Program-made: the position numbers and the translations under genes
Notes under the pieces: generated by a model
What the model saw: only the letters and a program-made list of their open reading frames with translations
Databases searched by the model: none
What the model was told of the DNA's origin: nothing
In this document: in pieces, positions 37,026 to 47,662 of the stretch
Numbering within the stretch: position 1 is the stretch's first letter
How the letters are laid out: every line of letters begins with the position of its first letter
Source of the DNA: Massalongia carnosa
Taxonomy: Eukaryota
DNA: 64,000 bases
NCBI GenBank assembly: GCA_965645245.1
Contig: OZ287068.1
Span: 1,488,001-1,552,000 of the forward strand
Direction: 5' to 3'

Positions 37026-38528
37026 ATGCTTTTACCTAAAGGCGGAGTAACCTGGAAGTCCACCAAAGCTCGTCTTCCACCTTCAAGAGCTCTTTTTATC
37101 CTTTGCACCCGATCACGCCTTCCCCTCTTACTTGCTTTCGCCGGTGTAATCATTGTATTATGGCGAGGCATACATATGTCCGCACGAGAAATGCAGAGGT
37201 ATTCCTTGAACTCAGCGGAAAATGGTTCCCTGCGTCACATGGTATCCTCTGATCCATTCCAGGTTCTACTGCTGGGGACCCGCAAAGCCACCTATGCAGA
37301 TGACAACCAACGAACAAGCGCAATGGCACTCGCATCTACAAACCCCGGTACTTTTCAACCATCATGCACCCATAGAGGTTGAGTCGGGCACTATACAACA
37401 TGTCGATCTTAACGATGTTATGTCCACACCAAGGGCTATTGCCAACGGTGAACGAGTACTCATCCTGACGCCTTTGAAGGACGCAGCCCCTTATTTAAGT
37501 AAATACTTCGACTTGTTGTCGGAGCTCACCTATCCTCACGAATTGATTGACATCGCTTTCCTTGTCGGTGATTCCCGGGATGACACGTTTGCCGTGCTTT
37601 CCGCGGAGCTTGACAGGGTGCAAAAACGGACGGATAAGATACCTTTCCATCATGCGTTGATCGTTCAAAAAGATTTTGGGGCGATTACCGGACAAAGCGT
37701 GGATGAGAGGCATGGATTTGCTGCTCAAGGGCCAAGACGAAAAGCAATCGCTCGGGCGCGAAACTATTTACTATACACGGCTTTGAAGCCGGAACACTCC
37801 TGGGTGTATTGGAGAGATGTGGATATTCAAGATAGTCCTGGAAAAATTTTAGAGGACTTCATGGACCACAATAAGGACATATTAGTGCCAAGTATGAATT
37901 CCTTTCGGTAGATTTTCCGGCAACCCTGATTGGATTTTAGACATCTGGTTCCATCGATATGAGAACGGGAAAGATATTGAGGGCAGATGTAAGTTGGCAA
38001 CGACTGTTTGAATTTATAGCACTTCTAACTAATTATACAGTTGACTACAATTCATGGCAAGAGTCAGAGAAAGGTCTTCGATTAGCTGCTTCTCTCGATA
38101 AAAACGTTGTGTTGGCCGAAGGTACAGATATTGATAGGGCAAATGGACATTATGCCTTGCTGATTTATACTACAGGCTATAAGGAATTCAATACTGGCCG
38201 CAAGTACCTCGCGAAGATGGGAGATTGGCGTTATAATAAGGATGAAGAAGTAGAACTTGATGGAATTGGTGGAGTGAACATCCTGGTTAAAGCTGATGTT
38301 CACAGATCAGGTTAGTCCAAAGGGAATAAGACTTTACAAAGAGTATGCGCTCACAAATATGCAGGAATCAACTTTCCCTGCTACGCGTTTGAGAATCAAG
38401 CTGAGACTGAGGGTTTCGCCAAAATGGCCAAAAGAGCTGGATATCAAGTTGTTGGGCTACCGAATTATGTAGTGTGGCATATCGACACGGAGGAAAAACA
38501 AGGGAATTTGGGAAGGAGGCCAGCATAG
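37026..38528 (+). CDS. ANP1: Golgi mannan polymerase subunit, Anp1/Van1/Mnn9 family (GT62), multi-exon
   Basis: Type II TM near N-terminus; ERVLILTPLKDA, RRKAIARARNYLL, WVYWRDVD (DxD), ELDGIGGV, ETEGFAKMAKRAGY..GLPNYVVWH; Anp1 vs Van1 assignment is tentative. Confidence 0.9.
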
Positions 38529-38921
38529 CGATTTGCTATGTTCCAGGATGTTGAGTTTCTACACGCCATATTAGTACGTGAGCCACCGGATGGGCTATTT
38601 GAGTTGACCATCTACATCTGCACGAAGGCTCGGGCCCTCGAGCAACAGGCTCTTTACATGGTGGCTGTTGCGATTCTGGAATATACTCAGACGCAAGGCT
38701 TAATAATCTCCATGGGCATTGTAAGTTGATGTTTCCGGGAATAGGAGGCAAAACGACAACTTTAGATTGGGGTTGTATTCCTAGATTAATCAGGTCTCTC
38801 TCTAAGACTATTTTGTGAGCATGTTTATGATGTCTCTGCAAAGACTGGTCTCAAAAGACTTCATGATTGGAACCATTTCTGCTCCTAGGTTCTAAATTAA
38901 AACGACAGATATTCTACACGA

Positions 38922-40837
38922 TTATGCATAAGCCCCCTGCTCGAATTTGTCGACGTCGAAAAACCGAGCCGTGATGGTATTTCCATTGAAGATTCTGCCT
39001 TCCAGAGCGTTGACAGCCTAACCCCTATTAGCATCTCAAGCCGTTGCGAAATTTATTCTTGCTTGAAGGAGGGATATATATACACACCCGTAATGCTGAG
39101 AGCTGACTGGTGAACTTGATGAAAACGGGCGTTTTCTCCTGTATGCTTCGATCGATGTAGACTCGCTCAACTCGGCCGTACTGATGAACGTCAAAATGCG
39201 TCAATCCGTCAATCAGAGCAAGCAAGCAAGCAAGCAGATCAGAACTCACCTTCTCCCCACACTCCTCACCGATCTCTTGCATCAGGCCGCCGTCACCCGA
39301 TCCCTCCAGCTCCATATCAAGATCCATACCATCCACCATGCCAAGAAGGATCACAACCTCGCTCATGGCACCGAACCTTCCAGTTTCTTCCCCTGCGTTT
39401 AACCCACCCTTCTTACTCCCCATAATCGTACCCTTGGCTCCAGATACAACGAATCCACCTCCTTCAGAGTCTGGCCTTTTCTTTTGCTTTTCAACCTTTA
39501 CGCGGAGGGGATTAACGATACCGGAACCGCTTGCTCCAAGCCCAGACCCCTTTTTCCATCCGTACTTGGACATGAGACGCTCCGCGAACCCCTTTTGTCC
39601 CGGTCGAAGGGATCGAGGAGCTTCGTCTTGTGGAGCGACTTCAGCATCATCTCCGTTTTCGCTTAGTGTGGTCTCGAAATCCGGGTCAAGTTTAAACAAC
39701 TCGGACGGAGCAGGGGGGAAGTTATAGCGTATGGGGGGCCTTGAAATTACTGGCCGGAGGGTGTCCGTAGGAGCAGGGGTTAGGTTAACCGATTGAGAAG
39801 GATAGTTGACGTTTGAAATTCCCGGAACAGGTTCTTGAGGTAATTTAACTTGCGGAGTTAGGGCGAAAGGGGTATTGGAGCCGAAGAACGAGTTAGAAGC
39901 ACCTTCGGCATGGTTATTTGACTGAAGGAGCCTTGTATGTTGAGTATATGCAACTTCTGCGTTGATCTCCTTAGGCTCTGCTTGTGGCCTCGACTGCGTA
40001 CCCTCAGTATAAGCAGACGGTGGTGGAAAGGAGAGCCTAGCGGGCTCGCGTCCACCTTTGGAGATTTAGCAACAGGATGTTCAACGGTTTCAATAGCACT
40101 TACGATCGATCTCAGATTTTATGCTATCCTCAATGCTATCCACGTCGCTACTGCGCATTCTGACTATGCGGTGCGCATATAATTTGTCTTTCCATTCACG
40201 TAGCTCCAGGATTTTTTCCTCGCTATGTTTATATTCTTCGTAGTTATTGGGACGTGACGGATCATAGATGTCGTCCCAATTTTGCGAGACATGTTCGTCG
40301 CCTTTAGTTTTTTTACGCTTCTTCCTGCCACCACGCTGTCGCTTCTCTAGGCCGTAAAAAGCGCCTTCTTCATTATCGTCGGGATCCGCAGTCCAATCGG
40401 CCAAAGTATTTCTGCCTTGCGGTCTGGATACAGGACCGAGGACATCAGTGGTAGCTGGCTCCGATGCTATAACACTTGAATTTGGCGGAAGGGTAGTCAC
40501 ACGAGAGATACCTTTTACTTTTGGCCTTTGCGCTGGTAGCTGCGGGCGTTTGGTAGGTTGAAAGCGGAGAGAAGCTGTTCGATGCAGAGCAATGTAAGTT
40601 AAACCACGTCGCCTCCTCAAAATCCAATCTCGAGGGCCATAGGCATCTACCGGCACTTAGCTGTTGTTTCGACGCTGCCCCATCCTCGGGCTGTGAAGTT
40701 CCATCAACGACTTGCTTGAAGACAACAGGTGCCCGGGATATTGTGCCAATGGCTGGAACATCAAGAGAAGGATCGAGGAGATTAGCATAAAGCGAGATAG
40801 CAGCCTTTGTTGACTTCATGGAAGTGTCTGATGCCAT
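38922..40837 (-). CDS. SPF45: Splicing factor 45 / RBM17-like (SPF45 motif, G-patch, UHM/RRM), multi-exon
   Basis: YDPSRPNNYEEY, G-patch FAERLMSKYGWKKGSGLG, UHM ..QEIGEEC..YGRVERV..VNALEGRIFNGNTITARFF. Confidence 0.9.
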
Positions 40838-41653
40838 TCGAATTATAATCGGGCCTTGGTGTAGAATACATATGAAGTAATTAGCGTATGTTAGAAATCT
40901 CCAACAAATTTAGCGTAATGGTACTCTCTGTACAGAGTACTGACCACCAAACAAGAGAGGGTATCTATCTACCTCTTCACGTGAGACATTTCTGTTTTTT
41001 TAAAAGACCATGTCACGTTAACAACTCCAAGTGTACAAATCATCTTATCAACCTGCTCATCTATGTGTATGCTCTTGATGGATGCATAAAACTAACTACG
41101 GAGTACAAAGAAAACGGAAACGTATATGTTCTCATGAGTTCAACCGTTCTTACACCTCAAGTCAATGATCGTCGATGTAAAACCCAGTTAACTGTTATGA
41201 CCTGCCGCGGATAACGTGAGAAAATGACTACTTTTATGATACTCAGGACAGAGCGTAAGGATGCCGATGAGGCGAGGTCATGAAATGTTTGGCTCTACTC
41301 TTATGTCGGTCGATTGAATCTCGGAGCAAAATCATCAACAAAGTGTGTTGTTTGACTCTGCTAGAGCAGTTCAACGTCATCATACAGTACATCGACTCAT
41401 GCATGTGTTACCCCCGGGGGTTCACAGCCTGAAAATGTTTATTGATGAACAAAGGCGAACTTGGGATGACCATTCTTGCTGCAAAGCCAACTAGCATATT
41501 TCTCTCGCAAATTTACTGGGGAAACACGAGAAGAACCACAAGCACACACCAAGCCGCGGCCTAGCCTCCTTAGTTGACATAACTGCTTTGGTCTTATCTC
41601 GCCATTATTTGGGATTTCTGAAAACTCGGTGTGAAAAGTAGCCGGTCGATTCA

Positions 41654-44089
41654 ATGGCTTTGAGAATCTCATCTTTGCAGAAGCTTGCTGCAATAGGAGT
41701 TGTCCTCTTCGTTTATCTCATTGAATCACCAACTTCGGCATTTCCAATTCTTCCAGGCATTGCAAAAGAGACAGCACCCAATGTACTCACAAAAACCGTT
41801 GATCTGGCTGTTGCTCAAGTTCTCGAAGCCCCCTTTCCTTTTGAATTTCCAAAGGAGCAAAATGGGCTAGACCTCTTTCCTATGCCCAAATGCAATGGCG
41901 TTACGCTCGAGGAGGCTACAATAGATCAACTGCAGGACACGATGAACACTGGGTTATTGACAACATCGCAGATCGTGGTATGCTATATGCAAAGGATATC
42001 CCAAACCGATATGTATCTTGAGTATGATTTCGTGTTTTGCACTGTGTATTATTTATGATTTTAAGTCAGAAGACAAGTTGATCGAGTCGTATGACTGTAG
42101 TGCTATCATGGAACTCAACCCCGATTGCATGCAGATTGCTGCTGCTTTGGATGCGGAACGCGCTGCAGGCCACGTTCGTGGTCCTCTTCATGGGATCCCT
42201 TTTCTAATCAAGGACAACATAGGGTCGAAAGACAAGATGGAAACCACTGGTGGTAGTTGGGCGCTTCTTGGTTCCATTGTCCCTCGTGACGCTCACGTTG
42301 TAGCGCGGCTCCGAGAACAAGGTGCTCTCCTTCTTGGCCATGCCACGCTAAGCGAGTGGGCAGACATGCGCAGCAGTCTCTACTCTGAAGGCTACTCCGC
42401 TCGAGGAGGGCAGGCAAGAGGACCATACAATTTAACCATGAATCCTGGAGGGAGCAGTTCCGGAAGCGGGGCGGCTGTTGCGGCCAATCTGTGTATGTTT
42501 TCATTAGGGACGGAAACGGACGGAAGCGGTAAGAGTACAGTATAACCAGAAGATTGCAAGTACCAACAGTAAGCGCTAATCTATCCGATTCACTGCAGTC
42601 ATAGATCCAGCAGAAAAAAACGCCGTGGTCGGTATCAAACCGACTGTAGGTCTTACCTCTCGAGCTGGGTATGATTCGAATATAGTACTGCAGCAAGGCA
42701 CTCGGATCGTTAACTTTGACAATAGCGTCATCCCGGAAAGCTCTCACCAAGACAGTGTTGGTATCTTAGCCCGCACTGTTCGAGACGCAGTCTATGCTCT
42801 GGATGGTATCTACGGCGTCGATCTACGCGACAACTATACATTGGCGCAGGAAGGTAAAACCCCTTCCAGAGGTTACGCCCAATTTCTAGGGAATAAGTTT
42901 GCTCTTCAAGGCGCTACTTTTGGTTTGCCGTGGAAAAGTTTTTGGGTACACGCACAGGAGCCAATGTTGACTTCACTGCTTGAATTGATTGAGCTGATAG
43001 AGGAAGCTGGTGCAACGATTATTAACGAGACAGAAATACCAAATTATGAGAACATAATTAGCCCGGATGGGTGGAACTGGTAAAATTCTCAAATCTAATC
43101 GTGTCTGACCAGTTTGCTGATCTTGCTGGTTTCAGGGATTATGGCGGGACCCGCGGCTTTGCTAATGAATCGGAATTTACAGTTGTCAAGGTTGACTTTT
43201 ACAACGACATAAAAGGATATCTATCTGAGTTAGACAATACAGACATCAGATCCTTGGAAGACATCGTGAAGTACGTGAATACCTGCTGAAGCACAAGAGC
43301 GTCTTATTCCGCCGTTCAAGAGTCCATTAACGTTGATTTCTTCTTCTCTAGGTACAACACCGATAACACGGGCACAGAAGGCGGGACTCCAAGCATTCAC
43401 CCTGCATTCGCATCAGGCCAGGATAGTTTTTTAGCTTCTCTCGAGAGTAAGGGTAAAGTACTCACCATTTCATGCTTCCTCACAACAACTTTACAAGAAC
43501 CTTATAAATCTGTGCTCTCCAAGGAATCATGGACGAAACGTACTATCAAGCTCTCGAATTCTGCCAGAAGTCTACTAGGGAGGACGGCATCGATGCTGCT
43601 CTACGCCATAATGGGACTCAGCTTTCGGCATTGTTGGTTCCTCCAGAAGTGGGCCAGACATATCAGATAGCTGCCCAGGCTGGTTAGTTCCGAGAATCTC
43701 GATTTCCTATTTTGATAGCTCAAGTTGAACAACTTTTCCTATAACGCTATCTTACAGCCCCCACATACAATATCTTCTTTCTTCCGTCTCTTTCCTCTAC
43801 AAACTCCAGAACATCCAGCGCAACTATCTTCATACATTATTGTCGCGAACATTCCACTAACAAGAGCCTCTTCGCCGAAGGCTACCCGGTTATAACAATC
43901 CCCGCCGGCATCAATGCCCTCAACGGGCTTCCATTTGGCCTCGCCCTCATGAACACCGCCTGGTCTGAGCCCACTCTCATTAAGTATGCGTCTGCGATTG
44001 AAAACTTGCAGTTCACCACCGACACGAAATTGAAGCGGACCCTGCCAACCTGGTATGAGTACAGGAAGAAGAACATTCCAGTGCTTTAA
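41654..44089 (+). CDS. Secreted amidase-signature family protein, ~8 exons
   Basis: Signal peptide; GPLHGIPFLIKDN, PGGSSSGSG, LGTETDGS, VVGIKPTVGLTSR, GYPVITIPAG..PFGL. Confidence 0.92.
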
Positions 44090-44212
44090 ATTTCCTACTC
44101 GACTCAAACAAGGTTCCACCGTAATTCCTGCCTACAATGATCGTAGGTTGTCAAACTCGATATTCACGCTTGATGTGCTCCTCCCCCCCCCTTGCGCCCC
44201 CCTTACCCTTTT

Positions 44213-44710
44213 TTACCTCCAATACAAATCTTTATGACACTCTGTACACCCAAAAACCGTAAACCAACAATCCTCCTCAGCCCTCTGTCTCGGATTCTTC
44301 ATCTCATACCCAAAAGCGTTACGCCATGGCCCGATCCAATCTTTTGTCCCGTCTGGCAGTTCCACCCACACGTTCCCAATCCAGTTGAATTTTGCGCCGG
44401 GAGGACCGTAGATGGGAACGCTGGTGCTGCCACGGTGGAGAAAGCCGAGGAAAACTTGAGGGTCGGGAGGAGCGTATTGCATGACAGGGCGGTGGGACAG
44501 TGGGAGGGCGCAGGGGTAGGAGGGAGAAGGATGGGAGGGAGAAGGATGGGAGGGAGAAGGATGGGAGGGGGAGGGGTGGAAGTAAGGTTGTTGAGGGTAG
44601 GTGGGAGGAGGGTGGCTGTGGTGGGCGGCAGGCGGGGGTGTAGGTGAGAAGTAGCCATTTGTGTTTGGGCTGCCGGAGTATTGATTGCGAGGGGAGGTCT
44701 GCTGGCTCAT
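44213..44710 (-). CDS. Hypothetical proline-rich protein with (PSPSH)3 repeat and Trp/Cys-rich C-terminus
   Basis: Open frame with in-frame 15-bp repeat and protein-like C-terminal segment; acceptor-like CTCAC...CAG just upstream, so the true start is uncertain. Confidence 0.5.
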   Translation of the reverse strand: MSQQTSPRNQYSGSPNTNGYFSPTPPPAAHHSHPPPTYPQQPYFHPSPSHPSPSHPSPSHPSPSYPCALPLSHRPVMQYAPPDPQVFLGFLHRGSTSVPIYGPPGAKFNWIGNVWVELPDGTKDWIGPWRNAFGYEMKNPRQRAEEDCWFTVFGCTECHKDLYWR

Positions 44711-45808
44711 GTCGTTGACAGAGGAAGGTTGCGCCTGGAAGCTGACTGTGAGCAAGCGTTCTAAAAATGTGCAGCAAGACTCATAACAAGATAAGAAGAT
44801 GTGGACTTGCTTTCTGTATGGGCATTGTTCACTATAGAATGCGCAATTGAGGACAGGAATGGCTGAGGATCGTTTTGGACCTCAAATTGTGTACTGCTAA
44901 AGCTTCGTCCCCTATAAGGGAACCAATCTTCTTCACCTACCGGCGTCTTCATATAAATAGATGGGTTCACCAGCTTCCCGTCCGAGCTCTGCAATCAACC
45001 CAGCCTTATCTAAGCGCCCACAACCTGATCAGGCACATCATCAATGCGGGCATGGGTCCGGACAAGGTACTCTCTTCTAGCAAGAAGCCGAAGGTGTTGC
45101 TGCAGGGTGCCAATAAAGATCAGCCATAAAGATCATATCCAGGTGAGCTAGAATTTTAATATCCATCAAAAAAGGTAGTCGGCATCTGTCATTCCGTGTT
45201 TCGCAATACCAAATATGGAAGTATATACAATGATCGACGGTAGTGTAATTGGATGATCAACGTAGATTGGGGGTAATCAGGAGCGAAAATATCAGAATCC
45301 GTCCTCCTTGCTTAGGGTCGGAATCTAGCATCAGTTATCCTAGCGCCAAATATCCTACCGACTTATTTGACAGACAAAACCCTGGTCTTATAGGTCAATT
45401 GATCGCCCGAAGGTCATTTGGGACAGGATTTTAGGGTCTTTCATAGAGAAGGTTTAATGTGCGAGGTACTAGAAAATTACTCCGCACCACCTTACCCTCT
45501 TCAACCATGAATAACACTACCACCACCGCCCCAATTGACCAAGCAATTGCTAATTTAGAGTCGCAAGAGTGACCCAATGTACTTGCAACTGCTAAGAAAT
45601 TTGGCCTAGTCGAAAGTACTCTTCGGCGGCGATGGAAAGGCCAATCGGTCTCCCGACGGGAGGCTTCATCCACACATAAGCAACGCCTCACAACGGTCCA
45701 AGAAGAGGCTCTAATCTCACAAATCAATCGATTAACCGACAGAGGAATACCTCTTACCCCTACAATTGTGCGCAATTTGGCAGAAGAAATGATCAAGTCG
45801 TCAGTAGG

Positions 45809-46264
45809 TACGCCGCGCAACGGGTTGGGTTAAACCCGTCGGGTTTGGGTCGGGTTTTCGGGTCGGGTTGGACTCCCTCGAACCCGACCCGACGGGTTCG
45901 GGTTTATTATGCGGGTTTCCGGGTTAAACCGTTTAACCCGGTCAGTTTTTTCTGTATGAAAATTCGACGAAAATATAACGTTTAAACTGATAAAAATTCT
46001 GCTTACTAATCATCATTTCTTGATGACGAATTTTCAGAATTTTCAGAATTTCCAAATGTGTTTAAAACGTCTAAAAAACATGTTTAAAAATGACATAAAA
46101 AATCGACCGGGTCGAACGGGTCGACCGGGTCGAACGGGTCAAACGGGTTAACCCGGGAACGGTTCCCCAACCCAGCGGGTTGAGCCCTACAGGTTCCCCA
46201 ACCCGGTAGCGGGTCGGGTTCGACTAGTCAAAACCCGACCCAACCCGACCCGTTGCGCGGCGTA
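45809..46264. mobile_element. hAT-type MITE copy 1 (456 bp)
   Basis: TIR TACGCCGCGCAACGGG, perfect 8-bp TSD TCAGTAGG (45801-45808, 46265-46272), many subterminal ACCCG/CGGGT motifs. Confidence 0.92.
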
Positions 46265-46723
46265 TCAGTAGGTAGGAACTGAGCGGGAGAATTCACTAAG
46301 CGAAATCAAGATAGACTTAAAAGTCTATATTTACGCAACATGGACAGTCTACGCATAAAGTCTGAGTATGCACCTACATTCAAGCAATTCTATGATCAGG
46401 TCCGTATTTTTGACAATATAACTGCCCCTAATCGCGTCGCATTTGTGCCTAATAGTCAACATTTCTTCTAGTTGATAACGGGCATCGAAAAATATAGTAT
46501 CACAGCAGATAACGTCTATAATTGGGACGAAAAGGGCTTTTTAATTGGCATGGGCCTCTGTCGTAAAGCGAATAATGACCCTTGAAGCTCTAGAATCGGG
46601 GCGCATAATTCATGCGAGTCAAGATGAAAGTCGTGAATTCATCAGACTACTGGCTTGCATATGCGCAAACGGTACCGCTTTACCACCCGCGCTGATCTAT
46701 AGAGGCGATTCAAAGACACTCTC

Positions 46724-47088
46724 AGGGGAGGCTGGAGAGATACAAGACTCTATCTTGCAGAACGGATATCTAGATATGCTAAAACTAGAAGTTGAGAATA
46801 ATACACAAGACGTCCGATGAAGAGCTCTAAACACCTGGGAAACCACATAGACTTTATAGCCATGGCTTTCAACTCTCCTATTCTCGACTTGCCCCATCTC
46901 TGTTCCTATACTAATTTCCTTAACATGATTGCTTTGACCTATCCCGCCTTTATCTGTGCTGAAGCACTCTCAGTCATAAGCCTGGATAGTGGAGACGTTG
47001 AGATTGGATACGGATTGTAGGAGATTGATAGTGCGCTGAGGGCGGCAGAAGAACGCCTGAGCACGATGGGTGAGGTTTCACAGCAATG
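46724..47088. mobile_element. ~365-bp foreign insert in the pogo transposase, possibly a decayed solo LTR
   Basis: Transposase reads YRGDSKTL before and T*LEDWSVGQKAFFAVSPN after; the segment between is unrelated; no clean TSD. Confidence 0.4.
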
Positions 47089-47319
47089 GGACATGATTAG
47101 AAGATTGGAGTGTAGGTCAGAAAGCTTTCTTCGCGGTCTCCCCCAATGAATGGAGTTGTGATCTGCTTGGTCTGAACTGGCTTGAGCGTGTTTTTGAACG
47201 ATGTACGAAGCATATGAGGCATTGAAGGCGGTTGCTAATAATAAATGATCATTCTAGCCACGTTAATATGAAATTCATCAATAAATGCGATGAACTACGA
47301 ATTCTATTGATGATTCTAC

Positions 47320-47582
47320 TGTTACAGCGCCGCCGTATAAGGCTGATTATTACTAAGCCTGATGACTCAGCGGTACTGAACACAGTCATACTATAGTCAG
47401 GTCAAGCGATGACTAATGGGACGGGACAGAAGGTCTGAGCCCACGGAGGAACGTCCGCCCTTGATCTATATAATGTGGTGTTAGGCCCACCTAGATAGAT
47501 CATCTTACAATTTAACTACTCCGTACTGAATTGTTCTACTCTTAACCCACTACACTACTCCTAGTCCAGAGTCACTCTCACA
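47320..47582 (+). repeat. 5' LTR (263 bp) of Gypsy element 2, TATATAA at 47467-47473
   Basis: Direct repeat of 53666-53988 minus ~53-bp and 7-bp segments. Confidence 0.96.
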
Positions 47583-47662
47583 TATTGTAAGATACATTAC
47601 GACGAGTGGTCCAGTGGGAACTCTACCCTATCCTGTCGTCTCAACGACATTTATCCTCTATT

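Noticed and set aside
41654..44089. GatA (Glu-tRNA amidotransferase subunit A)
   Set aside because: Signal peptide and overall layout fit the secreted fungal amidase group; only the amidase signature is shared
45809..46264. GGGTT/AACCC-rich tracts as interstitial telomere repeats
   Set aside because: No tandem TTAGGG; motifs are CGGGT-based subterminal repeats bounded by TIRs and an 8-bp TSD
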